From Salaquimonas sp. (GTDB taxonomy: Bacteria; Pseudomonadota; Alphaproteobacteria; Rhizobiales; Rhizobiaceae): DNA of 64,000 bases. The position numbers were made by a program, and so were the translations under genes. Shown one piece after another: positions 16,432 through 25,921 of this stretch. The notes under the pieces were generated by a model that saw only the letters and a list, made by a program, of their open reading frames with translations, was not told the origin of the DNA and ran no database searches. The number at the start of each line of letters is the position of its first letter. Within the stretch, counting starts at the first letter, position 1. The DNA is taken from NCBI GenBank assembly GCA_041742235.1, contig JBGSJA010000019.1, positions 902-64,901 of the forward strand, read 5' to 3'.

Positions 16432-17705
16432 TGGCCTCGACCCTTGCGGAAAAGATCATCGCACGCGCCGCCGGCCGCGATGAAGTGCGGCCGGGCGAAG
16501 TGGTCACGGTCAAGGTGGACCTCGCCATGATCCACGATTCGGGCGGCCCGCGCCGGGTGGAGCCGATACTGCGGGAGCTTGGCGCTCCCCTGTTCGATTC
16601 CTCGAGGGTGGTGTTGATCTCCGATCATTTCGTGCCGGGAGACACCGATGAGGGCGCACGGATCCTCGAAATGACGCGGGCCTGGGCAAAGGAGCGCAAG
16701 GTCGCTTTCCATGACGGCGAAGGCATCTGCCACGTCGTGCTGCCGGAACGCGGGCATCTGAGACCCGGCATGATGGTCGTCGGCGGGGACAGCCATTCGC
16801 CGACGGGGGGCGCATTTGGAGCCTACATGTTCGGCATTGGCGCAACGGAAATGGCGGGTGTTCTGGCCACCGGCGAGATCTGGCTGAAGGTGCCCGATAC
16901 CATTCTGATCGAATGGACCAACACGCTATCGCCGGGCGTGGTCGCCAAGGACATGATGCTGGCATTGTGCGGGCGGCTGGGAATGGATGGCGGCCGCTAC
17001 CAGGCCGTCGAGTATTCGGGTACGGCGGTCAGCGCCCTTTCCATGCAGGAGCGCATGACGCTTTCCAACATGGCCGCCGAACTGGGCGCGCAGGCGGGAC
17101 TGATAGCGCCCGACGAAACCACGCAGCGATGGCTTGAGAGCATCGGCGGCGGTGCCGGCGAGTGGCGCGGTCTCGCAACCGATCCCGGCGCCAGGCTCGG
17201 CGCGCACCATGTGTTCGATGCGGCACTACTGGAGCCGCAGGTGGCAGCGCCCCACTCGCCCGCCAATGCCGCCTCTGTCGGACAGGCAGCTGCAACGCCG
17301 GTGGATATCGCCTATATCGGCGCCTGCACGGGGGCGAAATACGAGGACCTGAAGGCGGCAGCCGGCATTCTAGCGGGCCGGAAACTTGCAGGTGGCGTGG
17401 AACTTCTCGTTGCCCCGGCGAGCCGGCGAGACCAGGACCGTGCCGAGGCTGAAGGCATCATGCGGGTGTTCGAGGATGCCGGAGCGCGCATCCTGCCCAA
17501 TGCCTGCGGCATCTGCGCCGGCTATGGCAGCGACAGGCTTGGCGAGAACGTCACTTGCATCTCCTCCACCGCGCGCAACTTCAAGGGCCGCATGGGCGCA
17601 GCGAGCTCGAAGGTATGGCTCGCCTCCCCGCTCACGGTCGCTGCTTCCGCTATCGCCGGGCACATCGCCGATCCGCGTGAATTCCTTGCGGAGGCCAGTT
17701 CATGA
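16431..17705 (+). CDS. aconitase-superfamily hydro-lyase large subunit (LeuC/HacA-like, short form)
   Basis: MASTLAEKIIARAAGRDEVRPGEVVTVKVDLAMIHDSGG, GGDSHSPTGGAFGA, IGACTGAKYEDL and PNACGICAGYG (Fe-S cysteine ligands). TGATG overlap with the preceding gene. Confidence 0.8.
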   Translation: MASTLAEKIIARAAGRDEVRPGEVVTVKVDLAMIHDSGGPRRVEPILRELGAPLFDSSRVVLISDHFVPGDTDEGARILEMTRAWAKERKVAFHDGEGICHVVLPERGHLRPGMMVVGGDSHSPTGGAFGAYMFGIGATEMAGVLATGEIWLKVPDTILIEWTNTLSPGVVAKDMMLALCGRLGMDGGRYQAVEYSGTAVSALSMQERMTLSNMAAELGAQAGLIAPDETTQRWLESIGGGAGEWRGLATDPGARLGAHHVFDAALLEPQVAAPHSPANAASVGQAAATPVDIAYIGACTGAKYEDLKAAAGILAGRKLAGGVELLVAPASRRDQDRAEAEGIMRVFEDAGARILPNACGICAGYGSDRLGENVTCISSTARNFKGRMGAASSKVWLASPLTVAASAIAGHIADPREFLAEASS

Positions 17706-18205
17706 CCGGGCGCATCTTTCTTTTCGGCGACGACATCGATACCGACCAGCTTGCGCCCGGCCAGTATATGAAGGGAGGTATCGCCGAACTCGCGGCGCAC
17801 TGCCTCGAAAGCGTGCGCCCGGATTTTCCTGCCGGCGTGCGGAAGGGCGATATCCTCGTCGCCGGGCGCAATTTCGGCATGGGTTCCTCGCGCGAGCAGG
17901 CAGCGGAAGCCCTGCGCCATCTGGGCGTTTCCGCCGTCATCGCCCGCTCCTTCGCCGGCATCTTCTACCGCAACGCCATCAATTTGGGATTGCCCGCGCT
18001 GGTCGCGCCGGACACCACCGGAATTGAGGACGGCGATACCGCGGATCTCGACCTGGGCGCCGGGCGCCTACACCTGATCAAGAAGAACCGGAGCATCGAA
18101 CTCGAGCCGCTTCCGGAAAACCTGCGGAAGATGCTCGAGGATGGCGGCCTTGTCCCGCATCTCAAGAAGCGCTTCGCTGCCGGGATGGAGAAACCTACGC
18201 CGTGA
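17702..18205 (+). CDS. aconitase-superfamily hydro-lyase small subunit (LeuD-like)
   Basis: FGDDIDTDQLAPGQYMK, LVAGRNFGMGSSREQAAEAL and IARSFAGIFYRNAINLGLP. ATGA overlap with the large subunit. Confidence 0.8.
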   Translation: MTGRIFLFGDDIDTDQLAPGQYMKGGIAELAAHCLESVRPDFPAGVRKGDILVAGRNFGMGSSREQAAEALRHLGVSAVIARSFAGIFYRNAINLGLPALVAPDTTGIEDGDTADLDLGAGRLHLIKKNRSIELEPLPENLRKMLEDGGLVPHLKKRFAAGMEKPTP

Positions 18206-19068
18206 GCTTGAAACAGAGACTGCACGATCCTTCAATCCTGCTTGCGCCGGGCGTCTACGATGCCCTGACCGGACTGATCGCCCAGAAGGCCGGCGCCGAA
18301 GCCGTGTACCTTTCCGGCGCATCGATCGCCTATTCGCGGTTCGGCCGCCCCGACATCGGGCTCGTGTCGATGAGCGAGGTTGCCGATACGGTTGCAGCGC
18401 TGCGGGACCGGATCGAACTGCCCGTCATCGTCGATGCCGACAACGGTTTCGGCAACGCGCTCAACGTGCAGCGCACGGTGCGCGTTTTCGAGCGGATGGG
18501 GGCCAACGCGCTTCAACTCGAGGACCAGACTATGCCCAAGCGCTGCGGGCATCTCGACGGAAAATCGCTGATTTCCACTACTGAAATGGCGGGAAAGATT
18601 CGCGCCGCCTGCGATGCACGCACTTCCGCAGAGACGCTCGTCATAGGCCGCACCGACGCAATCGCAGTGGAAGGATTTGCCGCCGCCATCGACCGCGCCG
18701 AAGCCTATCTGGAAGCCGGCGCGGACGTGCTCTTCATCGAGGCGCCACAGTCGATGGACGAAATCTCGCGACTGGTTGATAATTTTCGCGGCCGCGTGCC
18801 GCTGATGGCAAACATGGTCGAGGGCGGCAAGACGCCGATCCTCGGAGCGGCCGATCTGGAGGCGACAGGCTTCAGCCTCGTCATTTTTCCCGGCGGTGTC
18901 GTCCGCGCATTGGCGGCTACTGCCCGCGACTACTACGCCAACCTGATCGGCACGGGCTCGAACGAAGCATTTCGAAACCGCATGTTCGACTTCAACGGGC
19001 TGAACGAACTGATCGGCACGCCCGAAATGTTGCGGCAAGGCGCCATCTACGAGGGAGACGCAAACTGA
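18202..19068 (+). CDS. isocitrate lyase/PEP mutase superfamily enzyme (PrpB / carboxyvinyl-carboxyphosphonate phosphorylmutase-like)
   Basis: LLAPGVYDALTGLIAQKAGAEAVYLSGASIAYS, VDADNGFGNALNVQRTVRVFERMGANALQLEDQTMPKRCGHLDGK and ADVLFIEAP. GTGA overlap upstream. Confidence 0.8.
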   Translation: MSLKQRLHDPSILLAPGVYDALTGLIAQKAGAEAVYLSGASIAYSRFGRPDIGLVSMSEVADTVAALRDRIELPVIVDADNGFGNALNVQRTVRVFERMGANALQLEDQTMPKRCGHLDGKSLISTTEMAGKIRAACDARTSAETLVIGRTDAIAVEGFAAAIDRAEAYLEAGADVLFIEAPQSMDEISRLVDNFRGRVPLMANMVEGGKTPILGAADLEATGFSLVIFPGGVVRALAATARDYYANLIGTGSNEAFRNRMFDFNGLNELIGTPEMLRQGAIYEGDAN

Positions 19069-20798
19069 TGACGCTCGATCCGGTCACGCTGGCAATCATG
19101 AAGGGCCGTCTGGAGCAAATCGCAGACGAAATGGACGCGACCCTCTTCCGCTCGGCCTTCAACCCGATCATTGCCGAGGCGCACGACGCTTCGCACGGCA
19201 TTTACGAAGCCGGTACCGGCGACACGCTGGTGCAGGGCAAGTCGGGATTGCCGATCTTTGTTGGCGTGATGGCGTTTGCGGTGAAAGCCGTCATCGACAA
19301 GGCGGCGAGACAAGGTGGCATCAACGAAGGCGACGTGTGGATCTTCAACGATCCATACGACGGCGGCACGCACCTTTCGGATTTCCGTTTGGTGAAGCCG
19401 GTATTCGTTGACGGCGCGGTTTTCTGCTTCCTGGCGTCGGTCGGCCACTGGCACGATGTTGGCGGCAATGTGCCAGGAAACTATAATCCCGTCGCGCGGG
19501 AGTGTTTTCAGGAAGGAATGCTCATCCCGCCGGTCAAGCTCTACGACAAGGGCGAGTTCCGGCAGGACATAGTCGACATCCTTTCGGCCAATTCGCGGCT
19601 GCCGCTTTCGCTCTACGGCGACCTCAATGGCCAGATCAACGCGCTGGAACTGGGCGAGCGGCGCATGCATGCGCTGATCGCCGAATACGGCGCCGCCACG
19701 GTCGCGGCGTGCCTTGCAGAACTCAAATCGCGTGCGGCCCAAATGATGCGCGCCCAGATCGCGCGCCTGCCGCCGGGCACAGTCTCGGCCGAGGATTTTC
19801 TCGACAATGACGGCATTGTCGACCAACCCCTGAAGATCGCGCTGGACCTGACGATCGACAACGGCCGCATGGTGATCGACTTCACCCGCTCCTCGCCCGC
19901 TTGCGCCGGGCCGGTGAACATCTCGCGCGCCACCACCATTGCCGCCTGCTATGTGGCGCTGAAGCACATATTCGGCGAGGTGCCGGCCAATGCCGGGGTG
20001 CTGGAGCCGGTGGAGTTCAAGATCGCGGAAGATTCGCTGCTTTCGGTGCGCGCGCCCAAGCCCGTCGGCGGCTATACCGAAACCATTCTCCGATTGATCG
20101 ACGTGATCTTCCAGGCGATGGCTAAGATCGCGCCGCAGGAGGCGATGGCCTGCGCCTACGGCACGATCAACGCGCTTTCCCTGGCCGGCTACCGGGCAAA
20201 CGGCCAGCGCTGGGTGATGTTTTCCTTCTTCGGAGGCGGCCATGGCGGCCATGCCAATGGCGACGGGCTGAACCACGGAAATGCGCCGATCTCGACTGCC
20301 ACCATACCACCTCTCGAAATCCTGGAAGCTGCCTATCCGGTGCGCTTCACACAATGGGCGCTGCGCCCCGATTCCGGCGGTGCGGGCAGGCATCGCGGCG
20401 GCCTTGGCGCAATCTACGAGATCGAGTTGCTGGAAAAGGAGGCGGACGTCTTCCTGTTTGGCGAACGCGGGCGATTTGCCCCGCCCGGAATCCTTGGCGG
20501 GCTTTGCGCAGCGGCTAACCGCTTCACCTATCAGCAGGCGGATGGCGGGCATGAGCCGCCAATGGCGTCCAAGATGGTCGGCATCCATATCGAACGCGGC
20601 CAGCGGCTGCGCCTCGAAACGCCCGGCGGCGGCGGATATGGCGATCCGCTGGAGCGTGACCCGCAGCAGGTCCGGCGCGACGTGATGCTGGGTCTCGTCT
20701 CGCCGGCGAAAGCGTTGGAGGACTATGGCGTGGCGGTTTCGGGAAGCGGCGCGCTGGATGAGGCGGCGACCAGGGCAAAGCGGGGGCAGACAGCGTGA
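19068..20798 (+). CDS. hyuB: hydantoinase B/oxoprolinase family protein
   Basis: MTLDPVTLAIMKGRLEQIADEMDATLFRSAFNPIIAEAHDASHGIY, NDPYDGGTHLSDF and GGGGYGDPLERDPQQVRRDV. Confidence 0.85.
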   Translation: MTLDPVTLAIMKGRLEQIADEMDATLFRSAFNPIIAEAHDASHGIYEAGTGDTLVQGKSGLPIFVGVMAFAVKAVIDKAARQGGINEGDVWIFNDPYDGGTHLSDFRLVKPVFVDGAVFCFLASVGHWHDVGGNVPGNYNPVARECFQEGMLIPPVKLYDKGEFRQDIVDILSANSRLPLSLYGDLNGQINALELGERRMHALIAEYGAATVAACLAELKSRAAQMMRAQIARLPPGTVSAEDFLDNDGIVDQPLKIALDLTIDNGRMVIDFTRSSPACAGPVNISRATTIAACYVALKHIFGEVPANAGVLEPVEFKIAEDSLLSVRAPKPVGGYTETILRLIDVIFQAMAKIAPQEAMACAYGTINALSLAGYRANGQRWVMFSFFGGGHGGHANGDGLNHGNAPISTATIPPLEILEAAYPVRFTQWALRPDSGGAGRHRGGLGAIYEIELLEKEADVFLFGERGRFAPPGILGGLCAAANRFTYQQADGGHEPPMASKMVGIHIERGQRLRLETPGGGGYGDPLERDPQQVRRDVMLGLVSPAKALEDYGVAVSGSGALDEAATRAKRGQTA

Positions 20799-22864
20799 CG
20801 AAACCAGCCTATGCCATCGGCGTCGATGTCGGCGGAACCTTCACGGACGTCTTCATACTGGACGAGGCCACGGGGACGATCGCCACTGCCAAAGTGCCCT
20901 CGACACGTGGCGACCAGTCCAGGGGGTTCGTCGAAGGTATCTCGGGAAGTGTCGCTGACTTTGGCGACATTCGTACCGTGGTTCACGGTACGACGGTTGG
21001 AACGAACGCCCTGCTTGAACGCAAGGGCGCGCGCACCGGCATCATCACCACCGAAGGTTTCCGCGATGTTCTGGAGATGCGCCGCCGCGACAGGCCGACG
21101 ACATGGGGACTGAAAGGCTCTTTCACGCCGGTGGTTGACCGCCGTGACCGCGTCGAGGTTAGCGAGCGCGTCCTTGCCGACGGAACGGTGATGGAGGCGG
21201 TCGATCTCGACGCCGTGCGCAGCCGCGCCAGGGCATTGCTTGAAAGCGGCTGCCAGTCCGCCTGCGTCTTCTTCATCAACGGCTATGCCAATTCGGCAAA
21301 CGAGGCGCTGGCGGTCGAGGCAGTCCGCTCGGTCTGGCCGAACCCCTACGTCACCGCCGCGACGGAGATCCTGCCGGAAATCCGCGAATTCGAACGGCTC
21401 TCCACCGCGACGCTGAACGCCTATCTCCAGCCGGTCGTCTCCTCCTATCTGGAAAGGCTGGAGAGGAGCCTTGCCGACCGCGGTTTCAAAGGCGACATCC
21501 TCATCGTCCAGTCGAATGGCGGCGTGATGTCCGTCGATACTGCCAAGCGTTATCCGGTGCGCACGGCGCTTTCTGGCCCCGCGGCAGGCGTGATCGCCGC
21601 GACCGCGATTGCGCAGGCGGCGGGATTCGCCAACATCATCACCTGCGACATGGGCGGAACCTCCTTCGACGTTTCACTGGTTGCGGGCGGCCAGGCGGCG
21701 CTGGCGGCGCAAACCTCGATCGATTTCGGACTTGTTGTGCGCACGCCGATGATCGAGATCACGACGATCGGCGCCGGCGGCGGCTCGATAGCGTGGGTCG
21801 ACAGCAGCGGCCTGCTGCAGGTGGGGCCCGAATCGGCCGGGTCCGACCCTGGCCCGGCCTGCTATGGCCTTGGCAACGCCCGGCCAACGGTTACCGACGC
21901 GAATGTCGTTCTCGGCCGCATCAATGCCGAACGGCCGATCGGCGGCAAGCTGGCGCGCCTCGATGTCCAAGCGGCAAGGGCTGCGATCGAGGCCGAGATC
22001 GCCTCTCCGCTCGGTCTGGGCATCGAGGATGCAGCCGAAGCGATCTTGAAGCTCGCGACGGCCAAGATGGCCGGCGCCATCCGCCTTGTCTCGATTGAAA
22101 AGGGACACGATCCGGCAAGGTTCGCAGCGATGCCTTTTGGCGGCGGCGGCGGGCTGCATACCGGCGCTTTGATCAAGGAGGTCGGCCTGGGTTCGGCGCT
22201 GGTGCCCCGGTTTCCCGGCGTCACCTCCGCGCTCGGCTGCGTGGTGGCAGACATGCGGCATGACCGTGTGCAGACGGTGAACCGCCTGCTTGACCAGATC
22301 GATGCGGCGGCGCTGGGAGAGGAAATGGCTGCGGTTGCGCGCAATACCTCAAAATTGCTGGCCGAATCCGGCGTTGCATTCGAACGCATCGACGAGCTCT
22401 ACGAATTCGACATGCTTTATGTCGGCCAGACCCACACGGTGACGGTGAAAGTGGAAATGCCGCAAGGCGGCCTCACACGCGAGGCTATCGCAGCGCGCTT
22501 CGACGCCGCCTATCTTGAAGCTTACGGGCGGCTTCTGGAGAACATACCGCGACGCGTGATGAACTACCGCATCGCCGTGATCGGCAGGCGGCGCAAACTC
22601 GACATGACCGTGTTCGCCCCGGTGGATGGCAGGCCGGCACGCGATTGCCTGATCGGGACGCGGCGCATATTCGCCGATGGCCGGTTCATGGATGCCGGCG
22701 TCTACGAACGTCTGGCGCTGGAGAGCGGCGCGCAGATCGAAGGCCCTGCCCTGCTGGAACAGCCCGACACGACAATCTTCGTCGATCCCGGCCTCGTTGC
22801 GCGGGTTGATGCGTTCGGAAACCTCGTCATCCGTTCTGCCGGAGGCGCCAGTGGAGGCAAGTGA
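20795..22864 (+). CDS. hyuA: hydantoinase/oxoprolinase family protein (A subunit)
   Basis: YAIGVDVGGTFTDVFILDE, HGTTVGTNALLERKGARTGIITTEGFRDVLEMRR and TCDMGGTSFDVSL. GTGA overlap with hyuB. Confidence 0.85.
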   Translation: MTKPAYAIGVDVGGTFTDVFILDEATGTIATAKVPSTRGDQSRGFVEGISGSVADFGDIRTVVHGTTVGTNALLERKGARTGIITTEGFRDVLEMRRRDRPTTWGLKGSFTPVVDRRDRVEVSERVLADGTVMEAVDLDAVRSRARALLESGCQSACVFFINGYANSANEALAVEAVRSVWPNPYVTAATEILPEIREFERLSTATLNAYLQPVVSSYLERLERSLADRGFKGDILIVQSNGGVMSVDTAKRYPVRTALSGPAAGVIAATAIAQAAGFANIITCDMGGTSFDVSLVAGGQAALAAQTSIDFGLVVRTPMIEITTIGAGGGSIAWVDSSGLLQVGPESAGSDPGPACYGLGNARPTVTDANVVLGRINAERPIGGKLARLDVQAARAAIEAEIASPLGLGIEDAAEAILKLATAKMAGAIRLVSIEKGHDPARFAAMPFGGGGGLHTGALIKEVGLGSALVPRFPGVTSALGCVVADMRHDRVQTVNRLLDQIDAAALGEEMAAVARNTSKLLAESGVAFERIDELYEFDMLYVGQTHTVTVKVEMPQGGLTREAIAARFDAAYLEAYGRLLENIPRRVMNYRIAVIGRRRKLDMTVFAPVDGRPARDCLIGTRRIFADGRFMDAGVYERLALESGAQIEGPALLEQPDTTIFVDPGLVARVDAFGNLVIRSAGGASGGK

Positions 22865-23465
22865 ATTCAATCCGCGCCGCACCGCGCTCGTCATCATCGA
22901 CTTGCAGAACGACTTCCTCCACCCGGATGGCGCCTACGCCCGTGGCGGCCAGGCGAATGAAGACATCGCGGCCTTGCCCGCGCGCGTCCTGCCGGTGGCG
23001 AAAGCGGTCCGGGCAGCCGGCGGGGCAGTCGTGTCAACGCTGTTCACGCTGGTGCCTGGCCGCGACGGCGAGCCGATGATCTCACCGCACCTGCGAAAGC
23101 TGCGCCCCTTCCTGCGCAAGGGCGATTTTACGCCGGGAGGCTGGGGCCATGCGCTCGTGGACGAGTTGCAGCCGGCGGACTTCACCGTCGAGAAGGTGGC
23201 CTATTCGGCTTTCTACATGACGCGCCTTGAATGGGTGCTGCGCAAGGCGGGCATCGACACGCTGCTTGTCTGCGGGATCGTGACGAACGGCGGCGTCGCC
23301 TCAACGGTCCGCGATGCGCATGTGCGCGACTTCAAGGTTACCGTCCTGTCGGACGGTTGCGCGGCGTTTTCCAGCGAGGTGCATTTGCGCGCCATCGGCG
23401 ACCTCTCGACCGTGGCGCAAACCATCCCCTGCGCAGGCGCGCTCGAGATGTTCGAGGGTTCGTGA
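22851..23465 (+). CDS. isochorismatase-family cysteine hydrolase
   Basis: I call the GTG at 22851 as start (GGAGG 5 nt upstream; it overlaps the hyuA stop). Motifs: RTALVIIDLQNDFLHPDGAY (Asp), EKVAYSAF (Lys region) and CGIVTNGGVASTVRDA. The nucleophile position reads TNGGV, so the Cys is not obvious from the sequence. Confidence 0.7.
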   Translation: MEASEFNPRRTALVIIDLQNDFLHPDGAYARGGQANEDIAALPARVLPVAKAVRAAGGAVVSTLFTLVPGRDGEPMISPHLRKLRPFLRKGDFTPGGWGHALVDELQPADFTVEKVAYSAFYMTRLEWVLRKAGIDTLLVCGIVTNGGVASTVRDAHVRDFKVTVLSDGCAAFSSEVHLRAIGDLSTVAQTIPCAGALEMFEGS

Positions 23466-24865
23466 TGGGACGTGTGTTGCGGCAGGCCGCGCCGAGGGTC
23501 GATGCTGCCGCGGATGTGGTGGTCATTGGCGCCGGCGCTTGCGGCCTGGTCGCGGCGTTGCGCGCCAAGGCGAACGGCGCAGAGGTCATCGTGCTCGAAC
23601 GGGACGCCTCGCCTTCGGGTTCCACCTCGATGTCTTCCGGCTTTGTTCCCGCTCCCGGAACGCTCGCCCAGGCGAAAGCCGGAATAGCGGACGACAGTCC
23701 ACACATTTTCCTCGCCGACATTCTTGCCAAGTCGAAAGGGAAATCGGATCCGTTCCTCGCTGATCTTGCAAGCCGCACCATCGGTCCCGCGGTCGACTGG
23801 CTGGCCCGCCACTGCGGCATCGAGTGGATAGTGCTGGACGATTTTCTCTATCCCGGCCATTCGCGCTACCGCATGCATGCGGTGCATGAAAAAACCGGAG
23901 CGGCGTTGCACGCGAAACTGCTTGCAGCAGCGCAGGCGGCAGACATTCCCGTCGTCACCGAAGCGCGCGCAGAGCGGCTTTTCATTGACGGCGAAGACCG
24001 GATCGGCGCCGTGGAAATCGTAAGGCCGGGCGGCATCGAGTTCATCGGCTGTGGCAGCCTCGTCCTTTCCTGCAACGGTTATGGCGGGAATCGCGAACTG
24101 GTGCGGCGCTACATTCCCGAGATCGCGGAAGGTTTGTACTACGGCCATGCGGGCAATACCGGCGACGCCGTGCAATGGGGCGGGGAACTTGGCGCGCAAT
24201 TGCGTCATCTGTCCGGCTATCAGGGCCACGGATCGCTCGCCCATCCGCACGGCATCCTGATCAGCTGGGCCTTGATGACGCGCGGCGGAATGCAGGTCAA
24301 TGTCGAGGGCAGGCGCTTTTCCGATGAAAGCGGCGGGTATTCCGAGCAGGCGGTAAAGGTCCTTGCCCAGCCGCAGAAAATTGCCTGGAACATCTACGGC
24401 GATGCGATCCACCAATTCGCCCTGTCCTTTCCCGATTACCGCGACGCGCTCGCCGCGGGAGCGGTGCGCACCGCGCCCGATCTCGCCTCGCTGTGTGCAG
24501 CGACCGGGCTGCCGGCGGACGGGCTTGCCCAAACGCTCGATGAAACCGCGCGGCTGCGGGCAGGCGTAGGCGCGGATTCCTTTGGCCGCGATTTCACAAA
24601 CCTCCCGCCACTGACGCCGCCCTATTGTGCGGTCAAGGTGACCGGAGCGCTGTTTCACACGCAAGGCGGTCTCGTGATCGATGAACACGCGCGTGTCGTC
24701 CGGCGGGACGGCACTGCTTTCCCCAATCTTCACGCGGCGGGCGGCGCGGCCTGCGGCGTTTCAGGTCCCGATGTAAGCGGCTACCTCTCCGGCAATGGCC
24801 TGCTTACGGCAATCGCATTCGGCTACATTGCCGGCTGCAACGCCGCTTCCCCTGCAAGGGATTGA
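23465..24865 (+). CDS. FAD-dependent oxidoreductase (FAD_binding_2, fumarate reductase/KstD-like flavoprotein)
   Basis: ATG at 23465 overlaps the preceding TGA. Motifs: ADVVVIGAGACGLVAALRAKANGAEVIVLERD (GxGxxG), GALFHTQGGLVIDEHARV and PNLHAAGGAACGVSG. Confidence 0.8.
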   Translation: MGRVLRQAAPRVDAAADVVVIGAGACGLVAALRAKANGAEVIVLERDASPSGSTSMSSGFVPAPGTLAQAKAGIADDSPHIFLADILAKSKGKSDPFLADLASRTIGPAVDWLARHCGIEWIVLDDFLYPGHSRYRMHAVHEKTGAALHAKLLAAAQAADIPVVTEARAERLFIDGEDRIGAVEIVRPGGIEFIGCGSLVLSCNGYGGNRELVRRYIPEIAEGLYYGHAGNTGDAVQWGGELGAQLRHLSGYQGHGSLAHPHGILISWALMTRGGMQVNVEGRRFSDESGGYSEQAVKVLAQPQKIAWNIYGDAIHQFALSFPDYRDALAAGAVRTAPDLASLCAATGLPADGLAQTLDETARLRAGVGADSFGRDFTNLPPLTPPYCAVKVTGALFHTQGGLVIDEHARVVRRDGTAFPNLHAAGGAACGVSGPDVSGYLSGNGLLTAIAFGYIAGCNAASPARD

Positions 24866-24908
24866 CATGCGGTCAACGCAATTGGCATTGCCGAACGCAT
24901 TCCTGGAC

Positions 24909-24931
24909 AAAAAAGCGGTAGCCGCCGCCGC
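24909..24931 (-). terminator. possible Rho-independent terminator of the hdeA-like gene
   Basis: On the minus strand, a short GC hairpin (GCGG-cta-CCGC inside GCGGCGGCGGCTACCGC) is followed by TTTTTT (complement of A run 24909-24914). It lies about 30 nt after the stop. The stem is short. Confidence 0.3.
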
Positions 24932-24957
24932 ATGCAGGCTCCCGTCCTGATGGCCTG

Positions 24958-25266
24958 CTATCGCTTTTCGTTGAAAGCCTTCATCAAGGTTTCAGCGGGA
25001 TTATCAATGCAGTAGTCCATGATCGCATTGGTCGCGGCGAGGAATTCGGGGCCATTGAAGATGGCGTTGCCTTCCTGGCCACTTTTGTAGCCATGGAAAA
25101 AAATCATTGTGAATTCCTGTTCTTCATCATCCATCTTCAGCATGGTGCGGCAGTCGATCGTCTGAATGTCAAGCACGGCGCTTTCCTGATCCTGCGCGGC
25201 GGCTTCCAATCCGGGCAACAAGAGAACCAGTGACGCGGCAAAGACGGTTTGATTCAATTTCCTCAT
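24958..25266 (-). CDS. HdeA/HdeB-family periplasmic acid-stress chaperone-like protein
   Basis: Signal peptide MRKLNQTVFAASLVLLLPGLEAAAQ. The mature part is about 80 residues and acidic, with two Cys (IDCRTMLKMDDEE ... MDYCIDNP), as in HdeA. Confidence 0.55.
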   Translation of the reverse strand: MRKLNQTVFAASLVLLLPGLEAAAQDQESAVLDIQTIDCRTMLKMDDEEQEFTMIFFHGYKSGQEGNAIFNGPEFLAATNAIMDYCIDNPAETLMKAFNEKR

Positions 25267-25293
25267 GGCTTTTCCCCGTGTTTTCCCGATTGA

Positions 25294-25644
25294 TCAAAAG
25301 CGGATTATCCCGCGCATGCATTCATTGTAGAGCACGTCGAAGCTTACGCCCCGCTGCACGCCCCGGGTGACCGCTCCGGTGGTCGCACCGATCCGGGCGC
25401 CCCTGCGCGCACCCCGGCCGCCATTGACTATTCCTCCCACCACTGCTCCGCCGGCGCCTCCGCGAACCGCCCCTCCGATGGCGCCGCCCCGGGAATTTCG
25501 AAGGGAGACTTCGCGGGCATAGGCGCGGCAATAGGCATCCCGGCTTTGGGCGTGGGTTTCGGTCGGGAGCATGACCGTGGCAGCAAACCCCCACACCATG
25601 GATATGCCCAAAATGGGCAAGGTAATCGTTTTGAAGCCTCTCAT
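25294..25644 (-). CDS. glycine-zipper family small membrane/periplasmic protein
   Basis: Start at MRGFKTITLPILGISMVWGFAATVM (ATG is the complement of 25642-25644). Core: GGAIGGAVRGGAGGAVVGGIVNGGRGARRGARIGATTGA. Confidence 0.5.
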   Translation of the reverse strand: MRGFKTITLPILGISMVWGFAATVMLPTETHAQSRDAYCRAYAREVSLRNSRGGAIGGAVRGGAGGAVVGGIVNGGRGARRGARIGATTGAVTRGVQRGVSFDVLYNECMRGIIRF

Positions 25645-25921
25645 GTTCACCACCCGGGGTTTTTTCGGCCGCGTTCGGTATTTCAGATTAAGTTGACAGA
25701 ATTCAGACAAGACAACTGCTGCGAATGTAACGGCCTGGAAGATGGGAAAAATCGTTGAGTTGCAATAGCGCGATATTGCGACACGCAAGGTGGATGGAGG
25801 CAGGAGATCGCCTCACCCAGTTGACAGCCGGCCGCTTGGCATTGCCGTGACCATCAGCCGTACCAAGGATCTGTCTGGCAATTGCACTGACCCATCATGC
25901 CGCTGCGCTTTACTTTCAGCT

